Source of the DNA: an uncultured Candidatus Rokubacteria bacterium
GTDB taxonomy: Bacteria > Methylomirabilota > Methylomirabilia > Rokubacteriales > DASRDR01
Reading direction: 5' to 3'
Assembly (NCBI GenBank): GCA_963708025.1
Contig: CAVPSB010000016.1
Span: 224,001 to 288,000, forward strand
DNA length: 64,000 bases
Part shown: positions 50,825-60,292 of the stretch, piece by piece
Position numbering within the stretch: position 1 is the stretch's first letter
How the letters are laid out: every line of letters begins with the position of its first letter
The notes under the pieces: model-generated
Told to the model about the DNA's origin: nothing
What the model saw: the letters and a program-made list of their open reading frames with translations, nothing else
The model's database searches: none
Translations under genes and position numbers: made by a program

Positions 50825-51404
50825 CGCGCAGCCCATCATGGACCGGGCGGCTGACCTACCAGCCGCCCGGTCATCCACCCGAGCGGCCTAGGGGGGGCGT
50901 CTTGGACCGAAGGAGAGACCCGGGAGCGACCGGCGTGTCGGGCTTCTCGCCCCGGCAGCCGGTGCCTGTCAGCCTTCGGCCCCCAAAGCCGCCCTGCCCC
51001 TGCTGCCGGCCTTTCCCGCGATCAGAAACGGGACGCTCTCCGCGTGGCGCAGATTCCCCCGGGCGATTTCGAGCGCCGCCGTCAAGTAGGACACCCCGGG
51101 GGCTCGAGCAGGCCCGCCAGCCGGCCAGGCCGCAGTCACCGCGTAGCGAGCGTGGGCCTACCCCCCTCGCCCACTGGCACGGCGGTCGGTGACGCCCTGT
51201 TCCCCGCCCCCAAGGATGACCTACTCCATACTCGTGCACCCATTAGTGCGGGCAAGAGACCAGAGCGTAGCGCGGGCAAAGACCAGAGTGGCCAAAAGAC
51301 CGCCGGGGCGCGTAGACCGAAGCCCCGACATGGCGGAGTGGCAGTACGGGTTTAGGGGGTTGTGGCGCTCTCTGGCAACGGTCTGCTGCCGGGGGCAGCA
51401 TCAT

Positions 51405-51671
51405 ATGCATTACTACTGGCGGCGCGTCATCATCGTCCGTTGCGACGCCCTCGAGCTCTTTCACGCCCTCCACGCGCGCTACGCGGGCGACCCGGCCGCC
51501 CAGGTCATCTGGGATCGACGCGGCACGCCAGATCGCCGCCAGGCCGTCCGGGAGGTCCCACTCGAGCGGCGATGCAGACAGCGTCGCTTCGTTGACTCAA
51601 CCGCGATCCTGCGTGTGCGCGGGTCCTTCGCCACCCGGATGGTCGGGGCGCCAGCACAGCGCATGCACTAG
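51405..51671 (+). CDS. Small Arg-rich hypothetical protein with DRR/ERR repeats
   Basis: VIWDRRGTPDRR...ERRCRQRR; start uncertain. Confidence 0.5.
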   Translation: MHYYWRRVIIVRCDALELFHALHARYAGDPAAQVIWDRRGTPDRRQAVREVPLERRCRQRRFVDSTAILRVRGSFATRMVGAPAQRMH

Positions 51672-51787
51672 CCCAACTTCCCAGTAGGGCGCCGGACTGG
51701 GCAGTTTCGAGGTCGGGCTTTCGTCGGCGACCCAGGGCATATGCGGGGAAGTCGTGATGCTGGGTCCCTGGTTCCAAGGAGGAGATC

Positions 51788-53122
51788 GTGCTCATCGCTC
51801 GGTCACGACTTGTCCGCCAGGCGCCGTGGTTGGTGTTGCTCAGCCTGATCGGGCCCCCGAGCCTCACGATGGCTGCTCAACTCACGCTCACCTGGACCGA
51901 CAACGCTGGCAACGAGAGCGGCTATCGGGTGGAGCGTAAGATCGGCAGCGGCGGCAGCTACAGTGAGATCGCCGTCCTTGCCGCCAACACTACGGCCTAC
52001 ACCGATCCCAACGTTGCGGCGTCCACGACGTACTGCTACCGCGTGCGCGCCTTCAACGCGGCGGGCGTGTCCGGCTACTCCAACGAAGCGTGCTCGGCGA
52101 CGGCCCAGGGCACACTCAACCTCACCGTGACAAAGTCTGGGGCCGGCAGCGTCAGTAGCTCGCCCGGTGGCATCAACTGCGGAAGCGACTGTACCGAAGC
52201 CTTTCCGAGCGGGGCCGTCGTGACACTGACGGCGACACCAAGCGCCGGCTCCCGGTTCGATGGGTGGAGCAGTGGCGGGTGCGCGGGTACGGGATCGTGC
52301 ACGCTGAGCGGCAATGGGAGCCCGATGGTCACCGCCACCTTCACGGCGACCGGCGCCAGTTGCCCGACCGGACAGTTCCGGGCCGAATACTTCAACAACA
52401 CGACCCTGGCCGGCGCTCCCGTGCTGACGCGCTGCGAGGGGCCGATTCAGTACGAGTGGGGCGCTGGAGGCCCGGGAGGCGGGGTCGCTGTCAACCAGTT
52501 CTCGGTCCGTTGGACCGGACGATTCGACTTCGTCGCTGCGACATATGTGTTCGGCGCACGCGCCGACGATGGCGTCCGAGTGTGGGTAGACGGTACCCAG
52601 GTGATCGCGGCCTGGCGAGACCAGCTAGCGACGACGTATCAGGCCACTCGCGCCATGACCGCTGGTTCTCACGAGGTACGCATGGAGTACTATGACAATA
52701 ATGGTGTCGCGACGGCCTCGCTGGGGTGGCAAGCCCAGGCTGCCAGCAGTTGCCCGACCGGACAGTTCCGGGCCGAATATTTCGGCAACCTCACGCTGAG
52801 CGGACCACCGGCGTTCACACGCTGCGAGACGAGTGTCCAGCATAACTGGAGCTCCGGAGGGCCCGGTGTCGGGCTCGCGTCCGACTTCTTCTCAGTACGC
52901 TGGACGGGCCGATTCGCGTTCGCTGGCGGCAACACGACCTTCACAGTGCTCGCTGACGACGGGATCCGACTTTGGGTTGACGGCACCCCGGTCATCGATG
53001 CGTGGAATGATCAGGGGACGACGACGTACAAGGCGACACGCAGCCTGACCAGCGGTCAGCACGACATTCGCGTCGAGTACTATGAGCGGACCGGGCAGGC
53101 ACTGATACAGATCAACTGGTAG
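51788..53122 (+). CDS. Secreted FN3 + InlB-B-repeat-like + 2x PA14 protein
   Basis: LTWTDN..NE.GY...YCYRVRAFN (FN3); GINCGSDC...FDGWS; two CPTGQFRAEYF...FSVRWTG...ADDG.R.WVDG...EYY repeats. Confidence 0.88.
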   Translation: MLIARSRLVRQAPWLVLLSLIGPPSLTMAAQLTLTWTDNAGNESGYRVERKIGSGGSYSEIAVLAANTTAYTDPNVAASTTYCYRVRAFNAAGVSGYSNEACSATAQGTLNLTVTKSGAGSVSSSPGGINCGSDCTEAFPSGAVVTLTATPSAGSRFDGWSSGGCAGTGSCTLSGNGSPMVTATFTATGASCPTGQFRAEYFNNTTLAGAPVLTRCEGPIQYEWGAGGPGGGVAVNQFSVRWTGRFDFVAATYVFGARADDGVRVWVDGTQVIAAWRDQLATTYQATRAMTAGSHEVRMEYYDNNGVATASLGWQAQAASSCPTGQFRAEYFGNLTLSGPPAFTRCETSVQHNWSSGGPGVGLASDFFSVRWTGRFAFAGGNTTFTVLADDGIRLWVDGTPVIDAWNDQGTTTYKATRSLTSGQHDIRVEYYERTGQALIQINW

Positions 53123-53192
53123 CCCGGCCGCGGCTCCCAGCGGAGCGGCCCACACTGGGGGCTCGACCGATGACGGCCTCCAGGGCGGCCCG

Positions 53193-54038
53193 TCACGCCC
53201 TGATCCGGGCGACGACCTCGTCCCACACCCACCGCGTGCCCGCGGCGCTCGGGGGAATCGGGCAGTTGAAGATCAGGTGGGTGGCGCCGGCGCCGATGAA
53301 GCCGCGGGCCAGACCCACGATGTCACCCTGCATCGCCGCCGGCAGGAACTGGATCGAGCGCTCGATCTCCGCCGGATCGCGACCGATCTCGCGGCAGTAC
53401 TGGTCGAGCAGCACGGACTTCTTCGCGAAATCGTCGGGCGTGGCGCGGGCCATGTTCCAGGTCTGGGCGTGTCGGGCGGCGATGCGCAGGCCGACTCGCT
53501 CGCCGCTCGTGCCGATCACCAGCGGCGGATGCGGCTGCTGCACCGGCTTGGGCTCGTGGACGGCCTCGCGGATCTGATAGTAGGCGCCCTCGAAGCTCGC
53601 GCGCGGCTGCGTCCAGAGAGCCTTCAGGATCTGGCAGGCTTCCTCCAGTCGCCGCATGCGCTCGCCCAGCGCCGGCAGCGGGAGCCCGTACTGCCGGTGC
53701 TCCTCCTCGAACCACCCGGCGCCTAGCCCGACCTCCACCCGGCCGTTGGAGACCACGTCCACCGTCGTCGCGATCTTGGCGAGCAGGGCGGGGTGCCGGA
53801 AGGTGTTCGCGGTGACCATCAGCCCGCCGCGGATTCGCCGCGACTGGACGAGCAACGCGGTGAGCACCGTCCACCCCTCGTTCTGCGGTTTCGTGGGGTC
53901 GAGGTTGAGCAGGTGGTCGTGGGCCCAGGCCGTGTCGAATCCGACGCGATCGGCCTCGAGCCAGGCCTCTCGCATCTGGGGGTACGTCCCGTCCATCTGG
54001 GTGACCTTGAGGCCGAAGCGGAGCCGTCTCGAGGGCAC
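53193..54038 (-). CDS. LLM-class (F420-type) oxidoreductase
   Basis: RFGLK, WAHDHL, FRHPALLAKIATTVD..SNGR.EVGLGAGW, PKPVQQPHPP. Confidence 0.9.
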   Translation of the reverse strand: MPSRRLRFGLKVTQMDGTYPQMREAWLEADRVGFDTAWAHDHLLNLDPTKPQNEGWTVLTALLVQSRRIRGGLMVTANTFRHPALLAKIATTVDVVSNGRVEVGLGAGWFEEEHRQYGLPLPALGERMRRLEEACQILKALWTQPRASFEGAYYQIREAVHEPKPVQQPHPPLVIGTSGERVGLRIAARHAQTWNMARATPDDFAKKSVLLDQYCREIGRDPAEIERSIQFLPAAMQGDIVGLARGFIGAGATHLIFNCPIPPSAAGTRWVWDEVVARIRA

Positions 54039-54058
54039 GCCACCTCCCGATGGCCGGG

Positions 54059-54088
54059 ATGCTACGCCCGGCGAGCGCGAGCGGTCAA
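54059..54088 (-). promoter_or_regulatory. Putative sigma70 promoter of the LLM gene
   Basis: TTGACC-N18-TAGCAT about 20 bp upstream of GTG 54038. Confidence 0.45.
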
Positions 54089-54249
54089 CCGGTCGGCGGT
54101 GACCGGCGTGCCATCGGCCCGGCCTGACGGCCCGAATGTACCGGACCCGGCTGGGTCGAGCTCGCGCCGGATACCCCACGAGGCGGACCACCGGCTCGGC
54201 GACCTCGGGGCGGCCGGCCTGACGCCGCGCGGCGCGTATACTACGCGGG

Positions 54250-55518
54250 ATGAGCGCGCAGGCCGAGCCGATGGCGAGGGACCGGACGCGCTGGCTCTGG
54301 TCCCTGCTCGGCGCGGGCCGCGTGCCGCCCGCCGCCCGACCGAAGCTCGGGATGGTCGCCCTGCTCTACTTCATCCAGGGGAGTCCGGTCAGCGTGCTCT
54401 GGGAAGTGCTCCCCGTTTACTTCCGCCTCCAGGGGGTCTCGCTCCGCGCCATCGGCGGCCTCCGGCTCCTGGAGCTGCCGTTCTCCCTCAAGGTGCTGTG
54501 GTCGCCCCTCGTCCAGCGCTTCGGCGATCGCCGGCGCTGGATCTTCGGCTGCATGGTGGTCGTCGCCGCCGTGGCCGTCGTCCTCCCGTGGCCCGACGCC
54601 CGGCACCCGGGGCTCGGCCTCCTGGTGCTCGTCCTCCTCCTCACCACGGCCTCGGCGACCCAGGACATCGCGATCGACTCGTACACGGTGGCCCTGGTCG
54701 ATCCGCCCGAGCAGGGCGCGGCCAACGGGGTGCGCGCCTCGGCCTACCGGGTGGCGCTCGTCCTGCTCGGGGGCGGCATGGTCACGCTCGCCGCCTGGCT
54801 CTCCTGGTCCCTCCTGTTCGGCGCCGCCGGTCTCGTGTTCCTCGCCCTCGGGCTCGGCGCGCTGCGCCTCCCGCGCCTTCCGATCCCGCCCGAGGCCCGC
54901 ACGCGCTGGCTCTCGCCCTTCGTCGGCTGGATCGGGACCTGGCGGGCGCTGCCCCTGATTGGCTTCGTCCTCTGCTACAAGCTGGGCGAGTTCGCGCTGG
55001 GCCCGATGGCCAAGCCCTTCTGGGTGGACCGGGGCCGGTCGCTGGTCGAGATCGGCGTGGTGCCCACGACCCTGGGCATCGTCCTGTCGATCGCCGGCGC
55101 CCTCGCCGGCGGCGCCTTCATCAGCCGCTACGGCGTCCTCACCGGGGTGTGGGCCCTCGGCGCGCCGCAGGCGCTCTCGAACCTCGGCTACGCGGCGGTG
55201 GCCGCCTGGGATCTGCCCTGGCCCGCCCTCTACGCCGCCTCCATGATCGACTCGTTCGCGGGCGGGCTCGGCACCGCGGCCTTCCTGGCGCTGCTGATGA
55301 GCGTCTGCGACCGCGATCACGCGACGATTCAGTACGCCTTTCTCTCCTCGCTCTTCTCCCTCACCGGCCGGCTGGCCGGTGCGGTCAGCGGCATCGGCGT
55401 CGAGCGCTGGGGCTACGCCGGGTATTTTGCCTTCACGTTCTGGCTCGCGCTTCCGGCGTACGCCCTCCTGCCGTGGGTGGCGGGGTGGATCCGCGACCGC
55501 GCGGAGCGTCCCGAATGA
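54250..55518 (+). CDS. ampG: AmpG-family muropeptide MFS transporter
   Basis: LKVLWSPLV, ASATQDIAIDSY, YKLGE, ATIQYAFLSSL; overlaps nagZ (ATGA). Confidence 0.88.
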   Translation: MSAQAEPMARDRTRWLWSLLGAGRVPPAARPKLGMVALLYFIQGSPVSVLWEVLPVYFRLQGVSLRAIGGLRLLELPFSLKVLWSPLVQRFGDRRRWIFGCMVVVAAVAVVLPWPDARHPGLGLLVLVLLLTTASATQDIAIDSYTVALVDPPEQGAANGVRASAYRVALVLLGGGMVTLAAWLSWSLLFGAAGLVFLALGLGALRLPRLPIPPEARTRWLSPFVGWIGTWRALPLIGFVLCYKLGEFALGPMAKPFWVDRGRSLVEIGVVPTTLGIVLSIAGALAGGAFISRYGVLTGVWALGAPQALSNLGYAAVAAWDLPWPALYAASMIDSFAGGLGTAAFLALLMSVCDRDHATIQYAFLSSLFSLTGRLAGAVSGIGVERWGYAGYFAFTFWLALPAYALLPWVAGWIRDRAERPE

Positions 55519-56558
55519 CACCCCGGCCGGGGGAGGCGCTGGCCGTCGGGTTCGACGGCACCGCGCTCCCCGAGGACGTGGTCGCGCTCGCCGAGCGCGC
55601 GGGGCTCGGGGGTGTCGTCCTCTTCACGCGGAACTGCCCGACCCTCGAGGCCGTCCTCGCCCTGACCGCGGCCGCCCGGCGTCTCGGTCCCGACGTCCTC
55701 GTGCTGGTCGATCACGAGGGGGGGCGGGTCCATCGCCTGCCGCCCCCATTCACGCGCTTCCCAGCGGCCGCCGTCGTGGGACGGGCCGGCGACCCGGCCC
55801 TCGCCGCCGCCGTCGCCCGAGCGATGGCACGGGAGCTGAGAGCCGCCGGCTTCGACTCCGGGCTCACGCCCGTGGTCGACTGCCTGACCGAGGCCGCCAG
55901 CACCGCGATCGGCGACCGCGCCTTCGGGCGCGATCCGGAGCTGGTGGCCGCCTGCGGGGCGGCTTTCGTCGGCGCCGCGCTGGCCGAGGGCCTGATCCCG
56001 GTCGCCAAGCACTTCCCCGGGCACGGCCGGACCGCGGTGGATTCGCACCTCGAGCTCCCCGAGATCGACGCGACGGTGGACGGTCTCGAGGCCGTCGAGC
56101 TGGTCCCCTTCCGCCGCGTGCTCGCCGCCGGCTGCCCGGCCGTGCTGGTGGCTCACGCCCGCTACCCCGCGCTCGACCCCGCGTGGCCCGCCTCGCTCTC
56201 ACCCGTCGTGATCGAGGAGTGGCTGCGGCGCCGGCTCGACTTCGGGGGTCTGGTCGTGAGCGACGACCTCGAGATGCACGCGGTGGCCCTGCGATGGGGC
56301 GTGGCGGGGGCGGCCGTCCGGTTCCTGGAGGCGGGAGGCGACCTCGCCCTCGTCTGCCGGGAGCCCGAGGGACGGGAGGCCGCGGTCGCCGCGATCCAGA
56401 CCGCCGTCGAGGCCGGGCACCTGTCGCTGGTGGGGGCGGTGACGCGCCGCCGGACCCTCCGGGCCCTCCAGAGGAAGCCGGCTCCGGCGGTGGGGGTCAT
56501 CGGCTGCGCGGAGCACCGGGCGCTGGCCGAGGAGGTCGCCCGGCGGGGCGCCGCGTGA
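55515..56558 (+). CDS. nagZ: Beta-N-acetylhexosaminidase (GH3)
   Basis: LFTRN, DHEGGRVHRL, KHFPGHG...DSH, SDDLEM. Confidence 0.92.
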   Translation: MTPRPGEALAVGFDGTALPEDVVALAERAGLGGVVLFTRNCPTLEAVLALTAAARRLGPDVLVLVDHEGGRVHRLPPPFTRFPAAAVVGRAGDPALAAAVARAMARELRAAGFDSGLTPVVDCLTEAASTAIGDRAFGRDPELVAACGAAFVGAALAEGLIPVAKHFPGHGRTAVDSHLELPEIDATVDGLEAVELVPFRRVLAAGCPAVLVAHARYPALDPAWPASLSPVVIEEWLRRRLDFGGLVVSDDLEMHAVALRWGVAGAAVRFLEAGGDLALVCREPEGREAAVAAIQTAVEAGHLSLVGAVTRRRTLRALQRKPAPAVGVIGCAEHRALAEEVARRGAA

Positions 56559-56570
56559 GGCGGGACACCG

Positions 56571-56623
56571 GTGCACGGCCCGCTGTGCACCTCGCTGTGC
56601 ACCTTGCACAGTGCGCAGTGCAC
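56571..56623. promoter_or_regulatory. Putative enhancer (UAS) array
   Basis: Four GTGCAC (56571, 56585, 56597, 56618) including palindrome TGTGCA-CCT-TGCACA. Confidence 0.65.
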
Positions 56624-56695
56624 CCCATCGTCCGGGCTCAGGGTGCCCGGAAGCGAAGTACCCAACGGAATGGCCGTTCCCGCGCTGAATCGCGG

Positions 56696-56712
56696 TTGGC
56701 CCTGCTTTTGCT
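56696..56712 (+). promoter_or_regulatory. Putative sigma54 (-24/-12) promoter
   Basis: TTGGCCCTGCTTTTGCT: exact GG-N10-GC with TTGCT. Confidence 0.65.
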
Positions 56713-56825
56713 GTCTTGGTGAGCCACCCGGCCCCACCGCCGGGGCGCATCGGAGGGACGTCGGCCGGAGGGCGACGCGCCGCGGCGATCCGGATCGCCC
56801 GCTGTTAGCTACTCCAGAGGGTGCG

Positions 56826-57017
56826 ATGCGGCTCGACCCGGATGAAGAATCCGTGGAGCAGCTCGAGGAACGACCGGCGTTCCCAGGCGCCGTGTCGCTT
56901 CAGGATCGTCCCGATCGGTCGCTTCGAGCGACGATCGAGGTCCCTGCTCGCCTCCGCGTCGAGCACCGTCCCCACGTGTCGGTGATGATCGAGGCGCCCC
57001 GAGGTCGAGTCGCGTGA
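56826..57017 (+). CDS. Possible 63-aa ORF downstream of the sigma54 site
   Basis: GAGGG RBS then MRLDPDEESVEQLEERPAF...; no recognisable family. Confidence 0.3.
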   Translation: MRLDPDEESVEQLEERPAFPGAVSLQDRPDRSLRATIEVPARLRVEHRPHVSVMIEAPRGRVA

Positions 57018-57452
57018 GCCCGACCATGAGGACGACAAGAGGCAGGGCAGGCTGACCGCGATGAGCCAGTCGATGAGCGGATTCTGCGTACAGACTTGCG
57101 ATCGTCGCGGGGCCCAGCTCCCGGGCGATCGTCCGTCGGCGCCCCCGGATCGTGATCGCGGGGACGCCGCCAGCCTCCGCCGCGCTGGCAACCTCGGCCG
57201 GCCACTCCCCGCTCGTGGGCGACAGGGCGAGCGAGGGCGCCAACGCGGTCCATCCACGAAACCCGACCGTCTCACCCGGTCCCCCTTGGTGTGGGGGGTC
57301 GGCCGAGCCAAGCCCCACCATCTGGGGGCCCATTTTTCGTTGGCAGAAAGCGCTTCGTCTTTAGTAGGTTACAACTCACTCGTGTTTCCGGGCAGTTGCG
57401 GACCGACGACGCAGCATCCAGTATGGGTGCCTGAGGCCCAGGGGGGGGTCCG

Positions 57453-58706
<1,254 letters not shown>

Positions 58707-58716
58707 CAGGGCCTGC

Positions 58717-59004
58717 ATGGTAATCCCGGACCTCGAGCGCCGCGTCAAGCAGATCCTGACCCATCGCCTCGGCATTCCGCCCGAGGAGATCACGCTTGGC
58801 GCCAAGCTCGTCGACGATCTGGGCATGGATTCGCTCGATGCCGTCGAGCTGGCCATCTCCACCGAGCGACAGTTCAACGTCGCCCTGAGCGACGAGCAGG
58901 TGGCGAAGCTGACGACCGTCGCCGACATCCTCGCCCTCGTCCAGCGCTTGGCCGATGAGCGGCAAGAGCCCCCGCCCGAAAGCCCCGGCGGGAGGCCCCG
59001 CTAG
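58717..59004 (+). CDS. Acyl carrier protein
   Basis: LVDDLGMDSLDAVEL phosphopantetheine site. Confidence 0.92.
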   Translation: MVIPDLERRVKQILTHRLGIPPEEITLGAKLVDDLGMDSLDAVELAISTERQFNVALSDEQVAKLTTVADILALVQRLADERQEPPPESPGGRPR

Positions 59005-59029
59005 CAGACCGGGAATCCGGGAGGGCAGC

Positions 59030-60292
59030 GTGACGCGTCGCGTCGTCATCACGGGGCTCGGGGCTGTGACACCGGTCGGGACCGGTGTCAAGACGTTCTG
59101 GCACGCGCTCCGAAACGGCATCCCCGGAATCGGGACGGTCACGCAGTTCGACCCGACCCCGTATCCCTGTCAGGTCGCGGCGGAAGTCAACGGCTTCAAC
59201 GCCCGCGACTTCATGAGCGCCAAGAGCGCCGTCACCATGGGGCGCTTCGCGCAGTTCGGAGTCGCGGCGGCCCGAATGGCGCACGACGACGCGGCGTTGT
59301 CGTCGCTGTCTCGAGCCGCCCGCTTTTCGGTCTGCTTCGGCAGCTCGGCCAACGCCGCGGACTACATCCAGGGGGGCATCGAGCGGTTCGCCCATGAGGG
59401 CATGCGCGGCGTGTCGCCGTCGGCCATCCTCGAGAGCGCCGGCCACGCGGTGACCGGGCATATCTCGGTGGAACTCGGTCTGAAGGGCCAGACCATGACG
59501 CTCGCGTCTGGGTGCGCCACCGGGATCGATGTCGTCCAGTGGGCCTACCACCAGATCAAGGCCGGCCTGGTCACCGGGGTGCTGGCGGGAGCCGCGGAGG
59601 CCCCGATCACCAGCTACACGCAGGCGGCCTGGTGCTCGCTCGGGGTTCTGTCCCGCTGGCCGGGCCCCCCTTCGCAGGCCCTGCGGCCCTTCGACGTCGC
59701 GCACGACGGGTTCGTGATGGGTGAGGGTGCCGGGGCATTCGTTCTCGAGGACCTGGAGCACGCGCGGGCGCGTGGGGCGCACGTCTACGCGGAGGTGCTC
59801 GGCTTCGGGAGCGCGAGCGAAGCCGTCCACCTCGTCACCGTGGACCCCGCGGGCGGCGCCCTGCAGGCGGCCATGCGGGCGGCCCTCCGGATGGCCCGCC
59901 TCGAGCCCTCCGCGATCGACCACATCAATGCCCATGGGAACGGGCTCCCCGACTACGATCGCGCGGAGACGGCCGCCTACCGGGCGGTCTTCGGTCGGCA
60001 CGCCTACAGCATACCGGTCAGCTCGATCAAGCCGATTACCGGACAGTCACTGGCCGCGGCCGGAGCCCTCCAAGTCGTCGCCACATGCTTCTCGCTGGAG
60101 GAGCAGTTCGTGCCGCCCACGCTGAATCACGATGTGCCGGACGTCGGCTGCGACCTGGACTACGTGCCCTCCCGGGGCCGGGTGTCCCGGTTGAACCAGG
60201 TCCTCATCAGCGCGCACGGCTTCGGCGGAACCCATTCGGCGCTCATCCTGGGCCGCCCGCCGGGCACCGGCCGTCGAACCCCGGTCCCATGA
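59030..60292 (+). CDS. Second, divergent ketosynthase (Cys-His-Gln)
   Basis: SGCATG, INAHGNG, KPITGQSLAAAG (Gln at the second His position), GFGGTH. Confidence 0.9.
   Translation: MTRRVVITGLGAVTPVGTGVKTFWHALRNGIPGIGTVTQFDPTPYPCQVAAEVNGFNARDFMSAKSAVTMGRFAQFGVAAARMAHDDAALSSLSRAARFSVCFGSSANAADYIQGGIERFAHEGMRGVSPSAILESAGHAVTGHISVELGLKGQTMTLASGCATGIDVVQWAYHQIKAGLVTGVLAGAAEAPITSYTQAAWCSLGVLSRWPGPPSQALRPFDVAHDGFVMGEGAGAFVLEDLEHARARGAHVYAEVLGFGSASEAVHLVTVDPAGGALQAAMRAALRMARLEPSAIDHINAHGNGLPDYDRAETAAYRAVFGRHAYSIPVSSIKPITGQSLAAAGALQVVATCFSLEEQFVPPTLNHDVPDVGCDLDYVPSRGRVSRLNQVLISAHGFGGTHSALILGRPPGTGRRTPVP

Noticed and set aside
51372-51388. TGGCAACGGTCTGCT as a third sigma54 promoter
   Set aside because: Spacing is GG-N9-GC, not N10, and no enhancer palindrome is nearby
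53793-56558. 921-aa ORF ending in NagZ
   Set aside because: The upstream part is an off-frame overlay of ampG; nagZ starts at the ATGA overlap at 55515
56571-56623. GTGCAC repeats as a mini-CRISPR
   Set aside because: Repeats are 6 bp with 6-15 bp gaps and no cas genes; an operator array fits better
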